A DNA stretch of 63,714 nucleotides, counting the filler, from Candidatus Tectimicrobiota bacterium (GTDB lineage Bacteria > JACPSX01): the NCBI GenBank assembly GCA_016193065.1. It is 4 parts of 4 records of this genome, joined end to end, with 100 filler letters (N's around TTAATTAATTAA, not from the genome) between each part and the next. Parts side by side here need not be neighbours in the genome. Positions count along the whole stretch, not along the records: positions 31,909 to 59,027 come from JACPSX010000108.1; 3 more parts are not named here. The stretch is one strand, 5' to 3'. The number at the start of each line of letters is the position of its first letter. Within the stretch, counting starts at the first letter, position 1. Under the pieces are notes generated by a model. It searched no databases. It was not told where the DNA came from and saw nothing but the letters and a program-made list of their open reading frames with translations. A program made the position numbers and the translations under genes. Of the stretch, positions 39,455-51,100 are shown piece after piece.

Positions 39455-41737
39455 TCACGACAACCCGCGGCGGCGGCGCAGGAACCACTCGGCGCACAGG
39501 ACCAGGGTTAGCAGGGCGAAGGCCCAGGGGGTCTGCCCCAGCTTCAGGCGGCGCTCGGCCAGCAAGCGGAACTGAGAGCGGGACTCCAGCAGGCGGCGGA
39601 TCTTGTCGATGCCGCCCCGGCTGAGCTCCTCGGGAGAAACCACAAGGCCCTGGGAGGAGCCGGCCAGGCTCTGCAGCGTTTCCCGGTTCGGGAAGCCGCT
39701 GGCAGCCTCCAGTGTGCCGCTCTGGACACGAAAGGAAAATTCGCTCCTACCCGGATTCTCCGGCTGGCCTCGGGTCTCCACCCGTACCCGATATTCGCCG
39801 GAGTTGCCGGGCCGCCAAGTGGCAATGAAGTCACCGGCCTTTTCTCCAGGCTTGGGAATCAGGGAGACGTTCTCCCCGCCGGGGCCTTGCAAGGACACGC
39901 TCAAGGTGGGGTTTTTGGCCGGGCTGTAATCCCGGTCCAGGGCGCGGATGCGGATCGTCACCTCCTCGCCGGGCTCGTAAACGGCCCGGTCCGCCTTTGC
40001 CACCAGAGGATCAAGCCCCGGATCCCGGATGAGCCAGCGCACCATCCGGTGCACGAACTGGAGGTAAGGGCGGTTGCTCTGATCTCCGCCGGCGGCCGTG
40101 AAGTTCCAGCGCCAGAAATAGTCGCTCATGAGAGCCATCGTTCGCCCCTTCCCGTAAGTGCCGACGACCAGCACGGGCTCCGCGTTGCCTTCGCCTCCCA
40201 GACCGCGCCCGGTGGCCAGGAGAATGGCGCCGCTCTTCAGACGGTCCACCCGGTTGTAGCCGTCCAGGCGCGGAAGCTGGTTCCAAACTTCCGCGGGGGA
40301 ATGGCCGTTGGAGCCGAATCGGGTCATGGGGTGGTTTGTCCCTTCCCGGGTCAATTGCACGGAGATGGAATTTTTCTGGTAGGTGGCCTGGGAGTCTCCC
40401 ATCCGGACCGGCAGGATCTCCTCGATGGGCGTGCCGGCGTAGCCGCCGTCCCGGAAGGAACTGGGTCCACCGAGCATGGCGAAGGCGCCTCCCTTCTCCA
40501 CGAATTTTTTAATGTTCTCCAGGTAGTGGAAGGGGAAGTAGGGGAGATACGTAAAGTTGTCGAAGACGATCAGGTCGAAATTGTCCAGCTCCTGGGTAAA
40601 GAGGCGGTCCGTGGGGAAGGGGATCAAGCTGAGTTCGTTTTCCGGAACATTGACCTCGTCCAGAGGAGTGCGCAGGATGACGAAGGAGACGAGATCGAGG
40701 GTCGGGTCGCTTTTGAGAGCCTCGCGCAGGAAGCGGTAGTTCCAGGAAGGGGAGCCGCTGACGATGAGGGCCCGGATGCGGTCCCGCAGCACCCGAACGG
40801 TAAGCTGCACCTGATTGTTGCCGGCGATTTCCTCTTCGGCCCGCAAGGGGGTGCTTGCCGAGAGCTGGTGGTCGCCCACTTCCTTGGGGGTGAGCCTAAA
40901 ACTGACCTGTGCCTCACCCTCCGCAGGCACGGTCACGGTCTTGGATTGCAGGATTCTGTCTCCCCGGCGCAGGATCAGGGGGACCGAGAGTTCCGGATAG
41001 CCGTGGTTGCGCACGGAGAACTTCAGATCCAGAGGAATGTTCACGAAGCCAAGAGGTGGAACGTTCAGGGAAGAAACGGAGAGGTCCCGGAACTTTTGCG
41101 GGTTGCCCACAGGAATGGCAACGATGGGAACCCCCCGCGGAGCCTGAGGAGGAGCGCCGTCGGTCTGTGCGCCGTCGGAAAGCAGGAGGACGCCGGCCAG
41201 GGGTGCTTGCTCTTCCCGGCTCTGGTCCGTAACCTGAGCGAGTGCTTTCTGGATTCGCGTGGCACTCCCTTCCGCTCTCGCTTGGGCCAGGTCTTTCGCG
41301 GAGACTCTCTGCAGGTCTTCATTGAACAGGTAGAGTTGCGGGGTAAAGCGGCCCTGCAGCTCGTGCAAGAGGCCTGCCTGTGAGTTTCCCAGGGCCTGGC
41401 GGGCCAGGTCAAGCCGGGTTGCGGAGGGGTTCCCGTCCTTCAATCCCATGCTGCGGGAGTTGTCGACCAGCACCGCCACCGCAGGCACCAGCCTCTCGCG
41501 CTCCTGGATCAACAGGACGGGGCCCAGCAGGAGCCCGAAGAAGAGGGCAAGCGCCAGAGTTCGCATGCCGATCAGCAGCGCCGAGTCTTTGCGGCCCACC
41601 CTGTGCAGGATCTTCACGAACTGGAAACCCAGAAGAGCGCTGCCGCCAAGCGCCAGAAGGATGAGGACCCAACCGGGAACCAGGGACTCCCAGGCCAGGG
41701 CTGATGTACTCCAAATTGTAGGCGCAGAAGAAGGCAT
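39455..41737 (-). CDS. Membrane-anchored VWA / glutamine-amidotransferase-like protein (MoxR operon)
   Basis: VLVDNSRSM, LLSDG, GSPSWNYRFLR, C-terminal TM ending EWFLRRRRGL. Confidence 0.85.
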   Translation of the reverse strand: MPSSAPTIWSTSALAWESLVPGWVLILLALGGSALLGFQFVKILHRVGRKDSALLIGMRTLALALFFGLLLGPVLLIQERERLVPAVAVLVDNSRSMGLKDGNPSATRLDLARQALGNSQAGLLHELQGRFTPQLYLFNEDLQRVSAKDLAQARAEGSATRIQKALAQVTDQSREEQAPLAGVLLLSDGAQTDGAPPQAPRGVPIVAIPVGNPQKFRDLSVSSLNVPPLGFVNIPLDLKFSVRNHGYPELSVPLILRRGDRILQSKTVTVPAEGEAQVSFRLTPKEVGDHQLSASTPLRAEEEIAGNNQVQLTVRVLRDRIRALIVSGSPSWNYRFLREALKSDPTLDLVSFVILRTPLDEVNVPENELSLIPFPTDRLFTQELDNFDLIVFDNFTYLPYFPFHYLENIKKFVEKGGAFAMLGGPSSFRDGGYAGTPIEEILPVRMGDSQATYQKNSISVQLTREGTNHPMTRFGSNGHSPAEVWNQLPRLDGYNRVDRLKSGAILLATGRGLGGEGNAEPVLVVGTYGKGRTMALMSDYFWRWNFTAAGGDQSNRPYLQFVHRMVRWLIRDPGLDPLVAKADRAVYEPGEEVTIRIRALDRDYSPAKNPTLSVSLQGPGGENVSLIPKPGEKAGDFIATWRPGNSGEYRVRVETRGQPENPGRSEFSFRVQSGTLEAASGFPNRETLQSLAGSSQGLVVSPEELSRGGIDKIRRLLESRSQFRLLAERRLKLGQTPWAFALLTLVLCAEWFLRRRRGLS

Positions 41738-41738
41738 T

Positions 41739-42500
41739 TTAGAGAACCTTGCGCCGCAGGAACGGCAGGTGAATCAGATCGCGTTTGTAATCCGCGGTCA
41801 GGGCGTACAGGACCACGTTGATCCCCAGGCGAAAGGCGTAGGAGCGCTGCGTCTCACCGCCGGGCACGGCCTCGTACCGCCAGTTCCCCAGATAGTCCCT
41901 CTCCCAGGCGCTCCCCACGTCGTTCTGCGTGTAGAGGAGCGGGGTCCAGTTGTCGAGGGTGATCCCCAGCAGGAACGGGTTCACGATCCGTCTGCCCCCC
42001 AGATTTCGCAGCAGATAAAAGGAGCGGAAGGCGGAGTGATCCTGGGAGAGGCGCTCCAGGCGATGTTGCGCGAAAGCCCGCTCCAGTTCACTGCGCAGGC
42101 TCTTGTCAAAGCCGGAAGCCGGGGTACCGGAGGCATCGTCCACAAAGAGAAGCCCTCCAAGGCTCGCAAACTTCCGAAGATTCTCCATCTCTTCGGGGGA
42201 AAACGGGGCAAACTCGTTGCGGCCCGTCATGTAGAGAAACGGGTACTGGAAAAGGTCCCGGTCGGTCAGGCTCAGCACCTTTCTCTCGGAAGCCGCGTCG
42301 ACGCTGGTGCGGGCGGTCAGTTCCCGCAGGAACTCCACCTGGGCATTCGGGTGGGGGTCCCAAGTTCCGCCGCGGTAGCGGAGCTGGGCAAAAGTAAAGC
42401 GGCTGTGAGATTGGGCGAGTGTCTGAGCGGAAGCGGCACTGCCCAGGAGCAGAGTTCCCAGGGCTCCCAAGGACTGCAAAAGAAATTGGCGCCGGTCCAT
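41739..42500 (-). CDS. DUF4159 family protein with Tat-like leader
   Basis: MDRRQFL, YPFLYMTG, GGLLFVDD, GINVVLYALT. Confidence 0.85.
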   Translation of the reverse strand: MDRRQFLLQSLGALGTLLLGSAASAQTLAQSHSRFTFAQLRYRGGTWDPHPNAQVEFLRELTARTSVDAASERKVLSLTDRDLFQYPFLYMTGRNEFAPFSPEEMENLRKFASLGGLLFVDDASGTPASGFDKSLRSELERAFAQHRLERLSQDHSAFRSFYLLRNLGGRRIVNPFLLGITLDNWTPLLYTQNDVGSAWERDYLGNWRYEAVPGGETQRSYAFRLGINVVLYALTADYKRDLIHLPFLRRKVL

Positions 42501-42510
42501 CCCCTTTCTC

Positions 42511-44625
42511 CTAGTTGCGGTGTGCCACGAAGGCTTCGGCCGCCAGAACTCCACCCAGGACCAGGAGGAACCAGGGAGAGAAGTCGGTCTCTCTGGTTCC
42601 CAAAAGGCTCTCCTCCTTGCCGGCCGGAGCGGCGATCCGATCGAGAGGAATCCCGCCTGCTTTTTGCTTGAGCTGAGCAAGGTCCACAGGGGTCAAATCG
42701 GATTCGGCAGCCGGTGGGTTCACCCCGTACCAGATCTCCTGGCTGCCGGGAACCTCAAGCCGGTAAATCCCGGGGGGACCTTGGGGCTGGAAGACGACAA
42801 CCGCCTTGTCCCCGCGATTTTCAATGGGCACTGCAATGGAGCGCCCGCCGGGTTCCCGGAGCCGGGCCTCTTTTCCGACTCCGCTGACCGGGACCACGAC
42901 CTCCTGCTTTGTCCCCCACGAGATCGTCTGGACTCCCTGATCGGCCAGGCGGCCCGTGACGGACAGCACCGCCTGCTGGAACAGGGGCAGATAGGCAGAG
43001 GTGGCGGGAAGATTGTTCCAGTCCAGATCGGCGCTGGAGGTAAACAGCAGAACCTTCCCACGGCCCACAGAAGCTTCCAGGAGAAGAGGGTCACCGCTTT
43101 CCATCTCCAGTAGGGAGTGTACCGGGGTTCTTCGCGATTCCACCCTGAAATAACGGGAGAAGCGCGCATTGCGAAAGGCTTCTTGCCCGGGGCCGCGGAA
43201 GATCTCGACGATGGGGCTACCTACGTCGATCCGGGTTATCCGGAATGGGCTTTTCTCGACCGCGGTCTTGATCTCCGCGAGAGACACAGGCAGCAAGGGG
43301 GTGGCCCCTTCGAAAAGATCGCGGTTGTAGCGCTGGGGTTCCACCTTGTCCCCCAGGAAAAAGATCAATCCCCCTCCGTCCCAGAGATAGCGGAACAGGG
43401 AACTGCGGGCCTCTGGGCTGATGGACTCCACGTTGGCCAGAATGACAGCCCCGTAATCCTTCAGCGAAATCCCCTCGATTTCCTTGGGGGTCACGACCCG
43501 CGGGCCGATGAGTCCCCGCTCCCCAACCCCCTCCGGGTGCAGGGCGTTTGTCAGATAATAGGTCTCGCTGGCGGATAGGGAAGGCCTGGGGTCCCCATCG
43601 ACGACCAGAACTTTGACTTCCGCACTGACGTTGAGCGGAAAGAAAAGACGGTCATCGCCGGAAAGATCATCCGGCCCCAGTTCGATTCTCCCTTCCTGGA
43701 GTCCGGCAGCGGGAGGGAGGAAAGAGATGTTCACTGCCCGGCGCTCTCCGGGCTCTAAGTCCACGAGCTGTTCGGCGAGCTTGGCTGACCCCACCCAGAG
43801 GCTCACGGGGACGGCTTTCTGCGCCTGGGTGGAGAAGTTTGCAACGACAGCCTTGAGCTGCGAGGGGGTTCCTTGGCCCATGGGATCCCTGGCCACCTCG
43901 ACGCTTTGCACGGACCGGTTTGCGGAGGAAGCTCCAGCCGCCAGGTCCACCAGAGTCACCGGGATATCCAGGTTGATTCCCCGCAGCGCCCCGGGGTTGA
44001 ACTGGTCCCAACCATTGCGCCCCAGGTCGGTGACGACCACGATGGCACTTTTCCCCTGGGCCTTTTCCCGGGCGAGGAGCTGATAGGCTTGTTGGAAGAC
44101 TCCGGGGATATCTGCGGTCCCGTAGGAAAATGTGATCCCTTTCAGAACCGCCAATGCCTGGGCGCGATCTCCGAGCGTGAGAGGCCCCTCTGACTTGGTC
44201 GCCGGGTTCGTGGCCAGCAAAACCATCCTGTGGCCGCCCGCGAGACCTTGCAGAAAGGCTTCCAGGATTTTTCGACCCCGGTCCAGGCGGGTCATATTGC
44301 CTTCCAAATAGCCCATGCTGAGGGAGTTGTCCAGGATCAGGACGAGCGCCTCGCTTTGCCGGGCAATCTCCAGAATGTCCCGGCTGCGGGAGAAAACCGG
44401 ATGGGCGACGAAGAGGGCGAGCAGGGCCACGGCGGCCATGCGCAGGGCCAGCAGCAGCCATTGCCGGAGCCGGTTGCGGCGCACCAGCCGGTTGTGGGCC
44501 AGCAACAAATAGCGCATGGGGGCAAAGGGGATGCGGTGCAGGCGGCGCTTGCTGATGAGATGTATCAACACGGGAAGGGCCACGGCCCCCATTGCCGCCA
44601 GCATCCAGGGATTCATAAAACCCAT
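42511..44625 (-). CDS. BatA-domain / VWA protein
   Basis: FMNPWML...LPVLIHL...LLLALR; LILDNSLSM; VVVTD. Confidence 0.88.
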   Translation of the reverse strand: MGFMNPWMLAAMGAVALPVLIHLISKRRLHRIPFAPMRYLLLAHNRLVRRNRLRQWLLLALRMAAVALLALFVAHPVFSRSRDILEIARQSEALVLILDNSLSMGYLEGNMTRLDRGRKILEAFLQGLAGGHRMVLLATNPATKSEGPLTLGDRAQALAVLKGITFSYGTADIPGVFQQAYQLLAREKAQGKSAIVVVTDLGRNGWDQFNPGALRGINLDIPVTLVDLAAGASSANRSVQSVEVARDPMGQGTPSQLKAVVANFSTQAQKAVPVSLWVGSAKLAEQLVDLEPGERRAVNISFLPPAAGLQEGRIELGPDDLSGDDRLFFPLNVSAEVKVLVVDGDPRPSLSASETYYLTNALHPEGVGERGLIGPRVVTPKEIEGISLKDYGAVILANVESISPEARSSLFRYLWDGGGLIFFLGDKVEPQRYNRDLFEGATPLLPVSLAEIKTAVEKSPFRITRIDVGSPIVEIFRGPGQEAFRNARFSRYFRVESRRTPVHSLLEMESGDPLLLEASVGRGKVLLFTSSADLDWNNLPATSAYLPLFQQAVLSVTGRLADQGVQTISWGTKQEVVVPVSGVGKEARLREPGGRSIAVPIENRGDKAVVVFQPQGPPGIYRLEVPGSQEIWYGVNPPAAESDLTPVDLAQLKQKAGGIPLDRIAAPAGKEESLLGTRETDFSPWFLLVLGGVLAAEAFVAHRN

Positions 44626-44627
44626 GG

Positions 44628-45512
44628 TTAGCCTCGCGTTGAAAAAAACCGGATCAGGGACTGGTCCAGAGGAACCGAGGTATCCAGAAGGGTGTAGTCC
44701 ATCCCGGCCTGTGCACAGGCCCGGCGGTAGTGCTCACAGAATGTGCTGATGAGCTCCACGTATTCCCGGCGGATGGCCTCGGGATCCGTAATGACCCGCA
44801 GGTCCTCTTCGAGCCCTTCGAAACGGACCGTGTCCCGAAAGGGGAGGGTCAACTCGTCGCGATCGAGCACGTGGAAGACCATGACCTCGTGCTTGAGAAA
44901 CTCAAAGCGCTTGAAGGCCTGGATGATCCCGTCCCCTTCTTCCAGAAGGTCGGAGAGGACCAGGACCAGACTGCGGCTTTTCAAGCTCCCGGCCAGCTCA
45001 CTCAGGGTCTCACCCAGGGTGGTTTCCCCGCGGGGCTCCACCTCTTCCAGGGCGCCGGCGATGGTTCCCAACTGATCCCGCCCGGCCCGGACGGGAAGGC
45101 TGCGCTTGAGCGTTTTGGAACACAGGGTAAGACCTACGGAGTCTCCCTGGTGGAGAAGGATGTGGGCCATGGAGGTAGCCACGAAGCAGGCATAGGCAAA
45201 CTTGCTCCAGGTGGCCTTTTCTCCCCGGTACGACATGGAGGCGCTGCCGTCCAGCACCAGAAAACAGCGCCGGTTGGTCTCCTCCTCGTATTCTTTGATG
45301 TAGTAGCGGTCCGATTTGCCGTAGACCTTCCAGTCCACGTGGCGGATCTCGTCTCCCGGGCTGTACTCACGATGCTCGGCGAACTCCACGTTGAACCCCT
45401 TGAAGGTGCTCTTGTGGACTCCCGAGAGGAACCCCTCCACGCTGTGGCGGCCCTTCAAGGTCAGGGAAGAGAGCTTCCCCAGAAGCTGCGGGTCGACGTA
45501 ACTCCAGGCCAT
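44628..45512 (-). CDS. DUF58 family protein
   Basis: EFAEHREYSPGDEIRHVDWKVYGK, LDGSASM. Confidence 0.92.
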   Translation of the reverse strand: MAWSYVDPQLLGKLSSLTLKGRHSVEGFLSGVHKSTFKGFNVEFAEHREYSPGDEIRHVDWKVYGKSDRYYIKEYEEETNRRCFLVLDGSASMSYRGEKATWSKFAYACFVATSMAHILLHQGDSVGLTLCSKTLKRSLPVRAGRDQLGTIAGALEEVEPRGETTLGETLSELAGSLKSRSLVLVLSDLLEEGDGIIQAFKRFEFLKHEVMVFHVLDRDELTLPFRDTVRFEGLEEDLRVITDPEAIRREYVELISTFCEHYRRACAQAGMDYTLLDTSVPLDQSLIRFFSTRG

Positions 45513-45513
45513 T

Positions 45514-46527
<1,014 letters not shown>

Positions 46528-46547
46528 AATAATTCCCTTCTTAATTC

Positions 46548-48182
46548 TTAGCGCCCGGGATGGGCGGAGGAGAGCAGGTCGGCGATCTCCTGTTCCTGTT
46601 TCGACCGGCTGGGGTTTCCCAGGCCGTTGTACAATTCGGCAAGTCTTGTGTGAACGCGGGGGTCATAGGGGTTAATCTGGATGACTTGCTCGAAGGCATC
46701 CCGGGCTTCCCGGAGTTTCCCGGACTGCCGGTAGAGTTCCCCCAGATGGCTGTAGGCGGGCGCGTAGTCCGGGTTTGTGCGCAGGATCTGTTCCAGGTAG
46801 GAGATGGACTCCTGACCCCGGTCCGCGCGGATCAGAGCGGTGGCGAGCTTGTTGAGGAGGTACGGAGAGTAGGGATCCTTACTGAGGCCGCGAAAATACT
46901 CCAGAACCGCCACGGGGTTTTGGCCTCGGGACACGAACATGTCCCCCAGACGCACGTGATTGCGGGCCACTAGAGAGCGAATTTGCTTGAGCTCCTGTGC
47001 TTCCGTATCCACCACCCCTCCTTCACGCACGGTGTAGTTGGGGAGACCCACCCCTTCAATTTCCTTTAGTCCCTTGGCGCGCAAGAAACTCTTCCAGGCC
47101 GCCTCAAAGTCCGCGAAGGGGGTCTCCAGAATGTTCTCGATGGCTTTGCGGGTGCCCCCCTCCCCCAGGGATTCAATGTCGCTCAGAAGCTTACGCAGGA
47201 TGCCGGGACCTCCCCGGGTGGCCAGGTAGTCGATGGCCGAAGCCCCCTCGGCGTAGGAAAGCTGGATTTTTTCCGATGTGTCCAGGTTCACGAGGGAGGG
47301 TTCCATGTCAGAGAACGAGACAAACGCTCCGCTGCGCAGGGCCCGGGCCAGGAGAGTTTCGTTCAGGGGGTTTAGGTAAAGGGACGGCTCACTGCGCCAG
47401 CGTGCTTCCTGATACTTGGCCAGCCCCTCGTGCAGCCAGATGGGCGCGTAGTTTCCGGACAGCTTGACGATCAGGACGTGCAGGTATTCGTGCACCAGGG
47501 CATCGAGCCAGCGGTAGCCGCGCAGCAGGGTGCGGGGAGAGATGACCATGATCTTGTTGAACTTGGCAATCCCCACGGCCCCCGAAACTTCGATGTCTTT
47601 GCGGCTCAAGGTGGAGGCCTTCTGAAAGCTCGTGGTGTCGGGAAAGATCTCGACCCGGACGGGCTCTCGGGGTGCAAAGCCGAATTCCCGGGCCATCCTT
47701 TCGTAAATTTTCTCCAGAGCCTCCGTGGCATACAGGCTCAATACACGATCTTCGGGGTCCTTAAAGCGCACGACGAAATGCGGGCTCTGCACCCGAGCAA
47801 GGGGGCTTACGGTGGCCACCGTGTCCCGAACAAATGCGGTCTGGCCCTGGGTTTCCGGGTTGGGGGATATACTGCGGGCCTTTTCGGCCAGATCCAGAGC
47901 TTTGTCGTATTCCCCGGCATAAAAAGCGGCCCAGCTTAAAGCAGACAAGAGCTGGGCATCCTGAGGTTGCTGTCGCAGGAGTTCTTCGCCCAGGCGGCGG
48001 GCCTCGGCGGCATCCCAGCGCCGCAACGATTCGTGCAGGCGATCAAGACCGGCCACATCGCTGGGGCGGAACGTGGCATGGCTTGCGGCGGCAGGCCAGA
48101 GCAGCGCCAGAGTCAATAGCCCCAGACAAGCCCACAAGCGAACCGCCCGGGCCGGCTTCTTTCTACTCGGTAAGATTCTCAA
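46548..48182 (-). CDS. Exported TPR protein with peptidase MA-like domain
   Basis: Signal peptide, TPR repeats, HEYLH...WLHEGLA zincin motif. Confidence 0.85.
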   Translation of the reverse strand: MRILPSRKKPARAVRLWACLGLLTLALLWPAAASHATFRPSDVAGLDRLHESLRRWDAAEARRLGEELLRQQPQDAQLLSALSWAAFYAGEYDKALDLAEKARSISPNPETQGQTAFVRDTVATVSPLARVQSPHFVVRFKDPEDRVLSLYATEALEKIYERMAREFGFAPREPVRVEIFPDTTSFQKASTLSRKDIEVSGAVGIAKFNKIMVISPRTLLRGYRWLDALVHEYLHVLIVKLSGNYAPIWLHEGLAKYQEARWRSEPSLYLNPLNETLLARALRSGAFVSFSDMEPSLVNLDTSEKIQLSYAEGASAIDYLATRGGPGILRKLLSDIESLGEGGTRKAIENILETPFADFEAAWKSFLRAKGLKEIEGVGLPNYTVREGGVVDTEAQELKQIRSLVARNHVRLGDMFVSRGQNPVAVLEYFRGLSKDPYSPYLLNKLATALIRADRGQESISYLEQILRTNPDYAPAYSHLGELYRQSGKLREARDAFEQVIQINPYDPRVHTRLAELYNGLGNPSRSKQEQEIADLLSSAHPGR

Positions 48183-51100
48183 AGTACTTCTCCACCTTGC
48201 CCTTGTATTGAGAAGGAATCTTGTCCTGCAGGGACCGGATCACCCCCTGGCGGAAAACCTCGGGGGCCCTGTAATCCTCCCGTCCCGGCAGTTGGAAATC
48301 GCGCTCGCTAACCCCCTGTCTGCCCCTTTCCTGGAAGCTGCGGTCCGGCTGCCGCATGGGAGGCTCCCTCATGCCCCGGAAGTAGTAAGGGGAGATCCCG
48401 GCCTGGGATAGCATGGGGGCCGGGGTGCCCATGAGGCGGCCGCGCTGGGCCATCTGCTGCATGGCGTTTTGCAGGTTCGATTGGGTCTGGCTCAAACGGT
48501 TGATGGCCTCTTGCTCCGGGGGGATCGCCTCCCGGGAGGCCCGCTCACCCAGTTGGGTTTTGGCCTCTCCCATGGAGCCGGCTGCTCCTTCCAGCCCCTC
48601 CAGGAGTTCGGGCCCGAGAAAGGGGGTGAGGAAGGAGAGTTCCCGCAGCTTATTCAGCAGGGCCTCGGTCTTATCCTGCAGGGCTCTCTGACGGTTTTGC
48701 AGTTCTCCAAACTCACCGGCTTCCTGCTCTCCAACCACATCGCGATTGCGGCCCGGCAGTCTCTGCAGATCTTTTTCCAGAGAGCGCAGCGCTTCCCGCA
48801 TGGCCTCGAAGCTCTTTTCGACCCGGTTCCGAAGCTCGGGGGAAAGCTCACCGGCGGACATCTGAGAGCGCAGCCGCCGCGCCAGATTTTCCTCCTGCGC
48901 CAGAGCTTCCTTGAGCCGGAGCTTCCCCTCCTCCAGGTGGCGTTCCGCGATTTCGCGTTCCATCTGGCGCAGCGTATCCCTCAGCCGGTCCAGGGACCAG
49001 CGCAAGTCCCAGCCGCCCCGGTTCAGATCCCCGCCGGTTTGCTCCCCGACCCCTTTGAGCTTCTCCCGCACCTGGCCCAGGGTATCCCGCAGGCGTTTCT
49101 GCAGGTCGGGGAAGAGTTCCTGCTGCCGCTTGTTGAGGAGGTCCGAGAGCTTACTGTCCAGGTTCCCGGTGTCTTTGAGGAGCTGCTTCTGGGTTTCAAT
49201 CAACTCCTGGAGAATGTTGCTGGCTTTTTCCGATTCCCGCTGGGACATGTTGAAGGGGAAGTTTTGGGCCATGTTGAACATCCCTTGCAAGCTTGCCATC
49301 ATCTGGGAGAGGGCCCTCATGAAGTTTTGGGCCAGTTGCCGGGCGGCTTCCAGATCTCCGGCCTGGAGCAGGCGCTGCAGCTCCTGGAGGTCGCGGAAGA
49401 GATCGCCGAAATTCAGGGTTTCCCCGCTCATCTGGTTGATGAACTCGTCGGGCATCTGGCGGGCCAGTTGGGACAGAGATTCCATCATCTGCTGCATGAG
49501 GTTCTGGAGTTTCCCGAGGGTATCCATGAGAGAGCGCATCAGATTGGGGTCAAACTTCTGGGCTAACTGGTCCAGGGCGTCCAGCAGTCCGCGCTGCATG
49601 TTCGTGATGTTCTGGGTGGATTGCATGAGATCCCGCATCTTCTGGCGCTGCAGGGTCTCCTCGGCCAGCAGGGCGGCCTTTTCCAGCTCCGAGGTGACCT
49701 TCTCCTGGCGGTCCGTAAAAGGCTGGGAGCCCACCCGAGGCCGGGCCTTGAATTCGTCCTGGAGAAACTGCAGGTTGCGCTTCAAGGTGTCCAGGTCCAT
49801 GAGAGTGGAGACATCCGAGAGGGGGTCCTTTTCCATGCGCTGCAGCCCCTCGTTGAGCCGGTCCACCACCTCGTTGAGCCGGTCCTTGAGCTTGCCGTGC
49901 TCCTCCCGCAGCTCCTTTTCCACCCGCTCGGCGTCGGCGGGAGGCAGACGGCCCTCCTGAAACTGTTCGAGTTTCTCCCCGTATTGGAGCTGGTTCCCGA
50001 GCAGGTCCAGTAACTTTTCGGCCAGGTCACGCTGCAGGTCCTGGACCCCCCGATGGCGTTCCTGGGCACTGTGGACGATCAAGACGTGCTCGGCGGAAAA
50101 GCCGGTCTTGGGACCCGAGAAGACATCGTTGTCCTGGGCCTCCAGGTGATAGCGCACGACCGTCCCGGGTTCCAGGGAGAGCAGACCAAGATCCCAGAGA
50201 TAGTGCCCGCTGATTTTGCGCTCCCGCACCCCGGCCTTGCCGATCCGGATTCTCTGCTCCGGACCTTCTTTGAGACGGTAAACCAGGGTCACCGAGGAAA
50301 GACCGAAATCATCGCCGGCCGTGAAGCCCAGGTCGATGATCTGGTATTCATCCACGCTCATCTCCGGCGGTGGGTTGACGATTTCCACCACCGGGAGTTG
50401 ATCCGCAATCGTCCGGAAGTCGTAATGCACGGGGTGGCGATTCTTGAAACCCTCGGTGTCTTCCAGCTCCAGATGGTACCCGGTTGAGGCCAGAGCCACA
50501 ATGCGAGCCCCGAGCGCATTTTCCGGGGAGATTTGCATGGCCCTGCGGGTGCCATCGTCGAAGACCATGACGGCCCGAGAGATCTTCTTGTTGGCCTTTA
50601 CTTTCAGGATCACCTCGGTCCCTTTGAGGGCCTCCACGTGGCCGCTTCCTTCCCGCGCTTCCGGGGCCAGCCCCGTGTATTCCGGGTAGATGTACTGGAT
50701 CTGAAAGTTCCCGGCGGCGGGGAGGTCGATGACCTCCACCTGATACAGTGGAGACCGATCCGATCCAACCCGGGCTTCGTAGCGAAAGGAGCTGTTCACC
50801 TGGGGGAGCAGTGTCCGGAAGCGCGCCGGCCCGGCCGCTGCCATGGCGATGGGGAGCTCCCGTCCGTCGCCGTTGTAAACCGTGAGCATCACCTGCTTGG
50901 GAAGAGGTCCTGTCGTGGTGGCCACAATCTCCAGGCTGTCCCCTCTGGGAATCTTCACCTGGCCGGGGGAAAGAGCGATGGACACGTGACGGGGTGGGAT
51001 CGCCGCAAAGGGGTTCAAGAGGAGGGCCGCTGTCCGCTGGACTCCCGATGGAAAGAACATCCAGGACCCCACGAAGGCAACTCCCAGGGGAATGAGCGTG

